This document shows, one piece after another, positions 57,435-64,000 of a stretch of 64,000 bases of DNA (the first letter of the stretch is position 1; each line of letters opens with the position of its first letter). A program made the position numbers and the translations under genes. Source of the stretch: Candidatus Omnitrophota bacterium (GTDB taxonomy: Bacteria; Omnitrophota; Gorgyraeia; Gygaellales; Profunditerraquicolaceae); NCBI GenBank assembly GCA_041650295.1, contig JBAZLM010000003.1, positions 2,933 through 66,932 on the forward strand, read 5' to 3'. The notes beneath the pieces were generated by a model. It did no database searches. It was not told the origin of the DNA and was given only the letters and a program-made list of their open reading frames with translations.

Positions 57435-58105
57435 GATAATTTCCTTTTTAAATAAACTAACACGTCTTTAAGGTTATTAAAAGCCATATAATCTAATTTA
57501 CTTTCTTTAAGATGCCTGAGCAAATGATCTTTAGCAAAGATAATGTGGGCATGTTTTGCAGGGCAAGCATCTGATTCTCCGTCGCCAACATAAACTATAG
57601 TACTATCTTTTTTTGCTTTAGCCAAAAGATTCTTGGTTTTACAATGTGCACAGATCTGACAATCTTTATTTTTAAAAGGGTAATCAGTAATTAATTTAGT
57701 TTTAGAAAAACGCAGTTTATTAGCATAAACCTTAAGATCCTTAATCTTATTAATCTTTAGAATTCGATTAATTATATAATCATAATTATCACTTAATATA
57801 TAAGTTTTAACTTTCTTTACACGTAAAAATTGATAGACCGGCTTAAAATAAGTATCTAATTTTATTTTTGATAGATAGGCATCCAAAGCTTTAACATTTA
57901 AATCCATCCCCCTGAGTTGACCCTCTAAACAGGTTTTAGAACCAATCCTACCACTCTTCCAGCGCTTTTCTAATTCTACCCAACGGTCATCCTTAGAAAA
58001 AAGTAAAAGCATATTGTCAAAAACATCACAAGTAGCAATAGTATTATCAAAATCAAAAAACACCACGCACTTTTTTGGATTCAACTGCATATTTTTATCT
58101 AACAT
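57431..58105 (-). CDS. HAD-superfamily phosphatase-like protein
   Basis: DFDNT (DxDxT) motif I. 224 aa. Confidence 0.5.
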   Translation of the reverse strand: MLDKNMQLNPKKCVVFFDFDNTIATCDVFDNMLLLFSKDDRWVELEKRWKSGRIGSKTCLEGQLRGMDLNVKALDAYLSKIKLDTYFKPVYQFLRVKKVKTYILSDNYDYIINRILKINKIKDLKVYANKLRFSKTKLITDYPFKNKDCQICAHCKTKNLLAKAKKDSTIVYVGDGESDACPAKHAHIIFAKDHLLRHLKESKLDYMAFNNLKDVLVYLKRKLS

Positions 58106-58235
58106 AATATTTTGGCGCCTTTGAAGGCACCAATATCAAGCCACAAACGCTTGTTTGGTTACTCTCAATTTAAGGGTAACTTATAAATGGATGGATTACT
58201 TTTATTTTAATCCCAACTAACCAACCTGTCAATAT

Positions 58236-59243
58236 CTAAGAAATATATACGCCCGGCAACTCTTTTTGACAAAATTTACATTTATTCCCTATAATATTAG
58301 CCTCAATAACGCTAAAATCTTCTCTTTTAATTATCTTTTCTCCACATTGGTTACAACGCGTATCTTGCTCCCCACCATCAATATTACCAACATAAATATA
58401 ACGTAAACCTTGCTTCTTCCCTAACTCATAAGCCAAATTAAGAGTGCTTTTAGGAGTTTGAGGATAAGCATCAAATTTATAATTCGGATGAAAAGCAGAG
58501 ATATGCCAGGGAATATCTTTATTTACTTTAGAAATAAACTCAGCAATTCCCGATAATTCTTCTACACTATCATTTTCTCTAGGGATAACCAAAGTAGTAA
58601 TCTCCGTCCAAATTCCAAGCTTATTTAATAATCGAACTGAATCAAGAACAGGCCCTAAACTACCACTACATATTTTTTTATATGCATCTTCTTTAAAAAA
58701 TTTTAAATCAACGTTAACCGCATCTAAATATGGCCTAATTAATGAAATTGCCCGTGCACTCATGTAACCATTAGTAACAAATATATTATAAAGACCAGCC
58801 GCTTTGGCTAATTTGGCTATCTTTAAAGCAAATTCAAAATATATCGTCGGCTCAGTATAGGTATAAGCTATACTTTGACAGCCATTTTGTTTAGCCAAAT
58901 TAACAATTTTAGTAGCCGCAATTTCTTCTCCAGGCTTTTGATTAATATAGTTACTTTGAGAAATTTTCCAATTCTGACAAAACCCACAACGAAAATTACA
59001 TCCTGCACTAGCGATTGAAAACGTCTTTGTTCCTGGCAAGAAATGATACAGTGGTTTTTTCTCAACTGGGTCTACATTGGCCGCTACTAATTTGCCAAAA
59101 TTATGAGTATAAAGAACTCCTTGGATATTTTGTCTTACCCCGCAAAATCCAAATTTTCCCTCAGGAACCTTACACTCATGCGCACATAATTGACAATGTA
59201 CCTTTTGTTGCGCTAATTTAATATAAAGCAGAGCTTCTTTCAT
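58236..59243 (-). CDS. Radical SAM enzyme (activating-enzyme / AmmeMemoRadiSam-type)
   Basis: CNFRCGFC radical-SAM motif plus N-terminal CQLCAHEC...C cluster. 335 aa. Confidence 0.6.
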   Translation of the reverse strand: MKEALLYIKLAQQKVHCQLCAHECKVPEGKFGFCGVRQNIQGVLYTHNFGKLVAANVDPVEKKPLYHFLPGTKTFSIASAGCNFRCGFCQNWKISQSNYINQKPGEEIAATKIVNLAKQNGCQSIAYTYTEPTIYFEFALKIAKLAKAAGLYNIFVTNGYMSARAISLIRPYLDAVNVDLKFFKEDAYKKICSGSLGPVLDSVRLLNKLGIWTEITTLVIPRENDSVEELSGIAEFISKVNKDIPWHISAFHPNYKFDAYPQTPKSTLNLAYELGKKQGLRYIYVGNIDGGEQDTRCNQCGEKIIKREDFSVIEANIIGNKCKFCQKELPGVYIS

Positions 59244-60220
59244 ATTAATAAATGCACAAATTTACTTTTAGGTTGATGTACTATTCTATGCATAATTTCA
59301 TCTGTTTGCGGAATTTGTCGATAAAACACCTCTATCTCTTTTAAACCCACAATATCGGTATAAGCAGAGACAACCTCCGAAGATAATAAAATTAACTCTT
59401 GATTAACAAAACCCCGCATTAAAGCGCTAGGCCCGGCTAAATTTTTTTGCGGACCCAATAGACAATCACCCGGTCTGGCTAACTCTTCAAGTAAATTATT
59501 CTCACCCTCGTTTCTTCCTACCACTAACCGAGTATTATCGCCAATGCGAAAATGTCTGCCCATCTTTAAAAGCGCCAAATTTTCCAGATTTAATTCTGCG
59601 TGCACTAATAGCTCTTCTAATCGCTTAGAATAGTCAGCATCTGTTAGTAAGCATCCTCCGGCAGGAGTAGGAAATTTTAAAATCCCTAATTCTTTGGCCA
59701 ATTTAGTTTGTGGATTACGTCGGCGTCCATTAAATTTAAGCAATTTTTCTCTTTTTACCCAACCTTGAACTTCTGCTAAGCTGGGAGGGAAAAAATGTGC
59801 TGACAACGGACGCAATAATAAATCATCTAAACCACTTCGTTTTTTAATTAGTTTTAATGCCTGCTTATTTTCCGACATAGGACGTTGACCCAACACTTCA
59901 CCAGTAATAATAAATTTAGCTCCTAGCTCCTCCATTAAAATCTTAGCCTTACTAAACATCAATATCTTGCAATCAATACAAGGATTCATATTTGAACCAA
60001 AACCGTAACGCGGCTTTAAAATTAATTTTAAGAATTCTGCACCTAAATCAATTTCAATTATCTTAAAACCAATATTACAAAATACATTTTTAATATTTAA
60101 TTTACAGAAAGGAATTTTAAAATGCACTCCCACAACTTCTATGCCTTGATTTTGAATGAGTTTAGCTGCCAAAAGACTATCTAGGCCGCCGGAAACTAAT
60201 GCTAATGCTTTTATCTTCAT
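59240..60220 (-). CDS. PP-loop ATPase, ThiI-like tRNA sulfurtransferase-type (no THUMP domain)
   Basis: ALALVSGGLDSLLAA PP-loop and CIDC motif. 326 aa. Confidence 0.5.
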   Translation of the reverse strand: MKIKALALVSGGLDSLLAAKLIQNQGIEVVGVHFKIPFCKLNIKNVFCNIGFKIIEIDLGAEFLKLILKPRYGFGSNMNPCIDCKILMFSKAKILMEELGAKFIITGEVLGQRPMSENKQALKLIKKRSGLDDLLLRPLSAHFFPPSLAEVQGWVKREKLLKFNGRRRNPQTKLAKELGILKFPTPAGGCLLTDADYSKRLEELLVHAELNLENLALLKMGRHFRIGDNTRLVVGRNEGENNLLEELARPGDCLLGPQKNLAGPSALMRGFVNQELILLSSEVVSAYTDIVGLKEIEVFYRQIPQTDEIMHRIVHQPKSKFVHLLI

Positions 60221-60436
60221 GATAATAAAATTAATTAGATTTTTTTATTCTGGAAGAGTCGATTTTACTAATACTATACAGAATACTTAAAAGGAAAGCA
60301 ACAAATGCAGCAAAAACCGCTTAAAAAAATTATATAACAGACTATCCTTGGGTACTAAAACAACAATCCCACTAAGGATATTAAGCTAACTAACAATATA
60401 CTGACTAAGATCCAAAAGTAAAACCATATGCAGCAG

Positions 60437-60517
60437 CTTAACCTAAATTTGGTTTTCTGCCTTTATTAGCTTTCTTGGAACGCCAGTTAAGTTTTCCTCT
60501 ACGTTTTCTTTTTCCCA
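60437..60517 (-). CDS. Ribosomal protein bTHX-like 26-aa peptide
   Basis: Manual translation gives MGKRKRRGKLNWRSKKANKGRKPNLG*, compared with Thermus Thx [25 protein letters not shown]. An AAGGTG SD sits 7 nt upstream. Missing from the ORF track. Confidence 0.55.
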
Positions 60518-60527
60518 TGTCTACACC

Positions 60528-61208
60528 TTAATTTTTATAATAACTTATTGGTACATTTTGCGCAATATAACGCCCTGCTTCCACCAGACAATCGTAAATA
60601 ACCTTGCCCATAGGTTTACCCGCATAATCATTTAATCCTGCTTTAAAAACTTTATCATGCGGAGTTTTTATCTTCTTTCCAGGATTTTCTACAGCTTGAC
60701 TTTGAATATCTTGACTACAAATTACATTTGAGCTAACTGGCTCAACAATGCGTACCTCTAATTGCATGTTGGCTTTGTTTAAAACTTCTCCGAGCAAGCC
60801 ACCCATAAAACTACTAGCGCTACTGCCTCCACCAGCTAAACCATTTTTACCGCCGGAACTTTCGGGAATGAATTCAATCACGGCTACGCTAATAATTAAA
60901 TCGGCTTCTACCGGAGGTACAATTACAAAGCGTTTAGTTGTATTTAAAATACTAATAAAATATTCTTTTAAAGCTAATCCGGTCGCCGCATCTATTCCAG
61001 AGGTCTTTAACTCAAAATCATTTACCGCAATTTTTGCCCGCGCACCAATATAAGGAGTAATCGGCTGACCCATCAAAGAGCTATCCAACACAGAATGCGG
61101 TTTAGTAGAAAAACATCCTGTCAAAGATAACACCACTACGAAGAAAATTAAGACAAAATTTCTTTTCACCTTGCTTTTTAATATATTACCGATTGGCCAA
61201 ACTGTCAA
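60528..61208 (-). CDS. CsgG-family lipoprotein (curli-type secretion channel-like)
   Basis: Lipobox LSLTGC and DLIISVAVIEF, similar to the CsgG core motif. Confidence 0.5.
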   Translation of the reverse strand: MTVWPIGNILKSKVKRNFVLIFFVVVLSLTGCFSTKPHSVLDSSLMGQPITPYIGARAKIAVNDFELKTSGIDAATGLALKEYFISILNTTKRFVIVPPVEADLIISVAVIEFIPESSGGKNGLAGGGSSASSFMGGLLGEVLNKANMQLEVRIVEPVSSNVICSQDIQSQAVENPGKKIKTPHDKVFKAGLNDYAGKPMGKVIYDCLVEAGRYIAQNVPISYYKN

Positions 61209-61257
61209 GGCAAACCTCGCTTAGGCCAAAAGTATCGGCCAAATTATGATTGAGAAG

Positions 61258-61902
61258 CTATAACAAATCCCTTAATTTACTAACTGCGGAGATAATTTTA
61301 AACGGCTTTTCTTTTTTAATCTCAAACAGATGGCTAGAACCTGTTGTAACAATAATTGTTTTGATCTTTGCCCTTCTTCCGGCTTGCGCGTCAATAATCA
61401 TATCTCCGACGTATAAAGCTTGAGATTTTTTTAAACCAAACTTAGCAACAATTTTATTTAAAATTTGAGGGGCGGGCTTACCCTTTTTAAGCTTATCAGC
61501 ACAAAGAATATAATCAAACAAGTTAAAAATTTGTAAATGCTTTAATAAGATTAAAGAAAATTTTGTCGGACGATTACTGGCTACGGCTAACTTATAACCT
61601 TTAGCTTTAAATTGTCGCAAAAGCCTAAGCACTTTCGGATAAAGCTTAGATTGTTTAATTAAACTAAAAACATGATGTTGACGATAAATATTTGCCGCAA
61701 GTTTTAGTTTTTTTATTTCAACATAAGGTTGAAGTAAATTTGTATCCCCCCAGCCCACTGAAGCACGGATAGTTGCTGCTTTCTGGGGTTTTAGGCCGAG
61801 CTTGCGCATCGTAAAATTAAAACTACTATTGATCGCCGCATAAGCATCAATCAACGTACCATCCAAATCAAAGATAATTAATTTAATATTCTTCATAATC
61901 AA
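61258..61902 (-). CDS. HAD-IA hydrolase (phosphoglycolate-phosphatase-like)
   Basis: IIFDLDGTLIDAY motif I. 214 aa. Confidence 0.65.
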   Translation of the reverse strand: MIMKNIKLIIFDLDGTLIDAYAAINSSFNFTMRKLGLKPQKAATIRASVGWGDTNLLQPYVEIKKLKLAANIYRQHHVFSLIKQSKLYPKVLRLLRQFKAKGYKLAVASNRPTKFSLILLKHLQIFNLFDYILCADKLKKGKPAPQILNKIVAKFGLKKSQALYVGDMIIDAQAGRRAKIKTIIVTTGSSHLFEIKKEKPFKIISAVSKLRDLL

Positions 61903-61977
61903 TTAATGGTATTACAAAATTTTAGGCAGGGTTTTAAGGCCCTGCCTAATTTAAATAATCTTTAAAATAAAATTATA

Positions 61978-62634
61978 TTATTGAGCTTGACCTTCCGAAA
62001 CTACTGGAGCTGGCGTTGCTTCTTCAGCTACAGGTTCAGTTGGCGTTACTGATACAGGCGCTTCCACTGCTGGTGCTGGTGCCATTTCCTCTACGGGCGC
62101 TGGCGCCTCCACTACCGGCATAGTTTCCGTAACTGGAGCTGTAACTGCTTCGGCTACAGGAGCTGGTTCTTCAACCGCCGGTGCTAAATCAGTTGGCTTG
62201 CCCTCTTCCATCGCCTGAGCTGGAGCAACCGCAGCCGCATCCGGTTGTTCAAAATTAATATTTTTAGCAACATTTTTACCATCAGCAGCAATAATATAAT
62301 CGATACTTAAAGTATCTTTTATTTTTATTTCATCAAAGCTTTTAATATTTTCAAAAACAGTATTTTCATCCGCAGTTAAAACTAAATCCTTTTCTTGATC
62401 CGTTTCATAATCTAAATATTTTAAAGTAACTGTTTTTGCTTGAGGATCTAAATTAGTTACCTCGCCCCAGGCCCACTGCGCATCATTTGTACTCTTTACT
62501 GGAGTCTGTAAATCAGGATTAACTATAGTTGTATCCACGGGAGCGACTACTGGTTCTTCTGCAAAAACAAAAGTAGTCATCGCCATAATTAAAATAATAA
62601 AACCAAATAAAACTGTGAATTTTTTAAGACTCAT
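61978..62634 (-). CDS. Secreted protein with Pro/Ala/Val/Glu-rich low-complexity C-terminus
   Basis: Signal peptide, then APVxE repeats. Confidence 0.4.
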   Translation of the reverse strand: MSLKKFTVLFGFIILIMAMTTFVFAEEPVVAPVDTTIVNPDLQTPVKSTNDAQWAWGEVTNLDPQAKTVTLKYLDYETDQEKDLVLTADENTVFENIKSFDEIKIKDTLSIDYIIAADGKNVAKNINFEQPDAAAVAPAQAMEEGKPTDLAPAVEEPAPVAEAVTAPVTETMPVVEAPAPVEEMAPAPAVEAPVSVTPTEPVAEEATPAPVVSEGQAQ

Positions 62635-62694
62635 CTTTTGCCCCTCCTTTTATGATTAAGCATCAAATTATCATAATTTATTTTGCTTGTCAAG

Positions 62695-64000
62695 TTATCT
62701 ATAAAACGGCAAGAAAATTAACGCGATCATGACGATAAAAGTCGTCACCAACCCCACCGTTAAACCCACCCAAAACCAATCTAAGAAACTAATTTTTAAA
62801 CGTTTTTCTTTTTCTAAAATTCCGATCGCTACAATATTAGCCGTTGACCCAATTAATGTAATATTGCCCCCTAAACAACCGCCAAAAAGTAACGCCCACC
62901 ATAACGGTTGAAGATTAATATTTAAACTTTGAAACCCTTGAACCACGGGAATAAACGCTGCCACTAAAACCACGTTATCTAAAACACTAGAGCCGATTGA
63001 ACTTACCCACAACACAGCAGCAGTCAAAAAATTAAGGTTGCTTCCGGTGGCTGCTAACATGTGCTTGGCAATAAAAATAGTGGCTCCCGTATATTTTAAC
63101 GTTCCAGCTTGTACAAACAAAAGCAAAAAGAAAAGTAATGTCCACCACTCCACATCTTTCTCTATATATTTTCTAGCCTTTTGATGCTTCCAAATCATAA
63201 CTAATCCACTGGCCACCAACGGAACCACTAACAAAACAGTGTTAGCTGGTAAGTCCCATGCTACCTCCATACGATGATGCAAAGAAATAAAAAAAAGCAT
63301 TATCCCAAATATCGCCAAGCTTATTTTAAGATTTTTTTCTGGAGGCACAGAGATTAATTTAATTAACATTTCGTTTGCCCCAAGTTTTTTCATCTGCTCA
63401 TCAAGAAATTTTATTGATTTTTTATACCAAAACAAGAGGATAATAATCGTTACTACTAAGCATAAAAAAGCCAAGGGAAAAGCTTTAGTAATAAAATCTT
63501 CAAAGGTTAACCCAGATTTAGAAGCAATAAGTATGCCGATAGGATTTCCTAAAACTGTCGCCGCGGATCCGATATTCGTAGCCAAAACAGAAATAATCAG
63601 AAAAGGTGCTGGATTAACTTCAAAATAATCACAAATTTCCATCACCGCTACCACCATAAAAATAATCGAAGTCACTTCATCTACGGTGCAAGCAAGAAAA
63701 GCCGACAAAATACTAATTAAAAGTACAAACTTTCTACCCGTTAATTTTGGAATGCGTAGAATTAAACTTACAATCCAAGCAAAAACTCCCGAATCTTTAA
63801 GTAATCCGATAATCACCATCATCCCCACTAAAAAAAGAATAACTTCCAGCGAGGAAAATTCAATCACATGCTCAAGATCGATAGTCTTGGTCATTAACAA
63901 TACAGATGTGCCGATAAAAGCAAAACTCAGACGAAAATCCCAGAAGAAAAGTGTACCTAATATGGATGCGGAGAATATACCAATGGAAAGAGCCTGATGG
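62695..64000 (-). CDS. ArsB/NhaD-superfamily permease, 5' end beyond window
   Basis: The frame is open to position 64000 with a continuing TM helix. The ORF-track start at 63900 is a TTG within the window. Confidence 0.55.
   Translation of the reverse strand, partial: HQALSIGIFSASILGTLFFWDFRLSFAFIGTSVLLMTKTIDLEHVIEFSSLEVILFLVGMMVIIGLLKDSGVFAWIVSLILRIPKLTGRKFVLLISILSAFLACTVDEVTSIIFMVVAVMEICDYFEVNPAPFLIISVLATNIGSAATVLGNPIGILIASKSGLTFEDFITKAFPLAFLCLVVTIIILLFWYKKSIKFLDEQMKKLGANEMLIKLISVPPEKNLKISLAIFGIMLFFISLHHRMEVAWDLPANTVLLVVPLVASGLVMIWKHQKARKYIEKDVEWWTLLFFLLLFVQAGTLKYTGATIFIAKHMLAATGSNLNFLTAAVLWVSSIGSSVLDNVVLVAAFIPVVQGFQSLNINLQPLWWALLFGGCLGGNITLIGSTANIVAIGILEKEKRLKISFLDWFWVGLTVGLVTTFIVMIALIFLPFYR

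Noticed and set aside
63686-63997. Plus-strand 103-aa ORF
   Set aside because: It is antisense to the ArsB/NhaD permease, which clearly continues (a TM helix in frame) to the window end.

Overview
This is a low-GC, gene-dense bacterial chromosomal window with about 90% of genes on the minus strand. Gene content suggests an anaerobic diderm, possibly from an uncultivated lineage. Evidence for anaerobiosis: a complete Rnf complex, hybrid-cluster protein (Hcp), rubredoxin, desulforedoxin, a flavodiiron protein, and a thioredoxin/glutaredoxin/Tpx block with an Rrf2 regulator. Evidence for a diderm envelope: a TonB-dependent receptor, a CsgG-like lipoprotein and a peptidoglycan-binding lipoprotein. 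Housekeeping genes include ispE (partial), split transketolase, hisG, eno-ftsB, purN, nadA, mnmA, birA, iscS, two csp paralogs, three tRNAs (an initiator-like Met, Thr-CGT, Phe-GAA), an ftsH-like protease, several transporters (MFS x2, SulP, NSS, ArsB/NhaD x2), GH1 and GH94-like glycosidases, and an LPS/sugar-modification block (DegT/ArnB-like aminotransferase, ArnE/F-like small permeases). The most striking feature is a previously undescribed family of 63-85 nt palindromic repeat elements, with at least 9 copies in 64 kb. They share the termini ATGAACCCCG...CGGGGTGAA (gene sense) and fall into two subfamilies, with cores CCCCGCACCTTCT and CCCCGTTAGAAACAGG. Six copies sit exactly at gene junctions, where the element's terminal GTG is the start codon of the downstream gene (hisG, rnfE, cNMP-patatin, rluA-like, birA, iscS). 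Its SD-like GGAGAAGG lies in the 3' arm. Its 5' ATG opens a short uORF that overlaps or abuts the upstream gene's stop (ATGA, TAATG, TAAATG). Other copies are inserted in-frame inside ispE, fused to the 3' end of a PP-loop ATPase gene, and fused to the 5' end of a class-III aminotransferase gene. Together these look like non-autonomous mobile elements acting as portable translational-coupling or start-codon cassettes (RPE-like, but start-codon-bearing). Several short genes absent from the ORF track (all <60 aa) were found by manual translation: desulforedoxin, rubredoxin, a bTHX-like ribosomal peptide, and two small basic/coiled-coil peptides.
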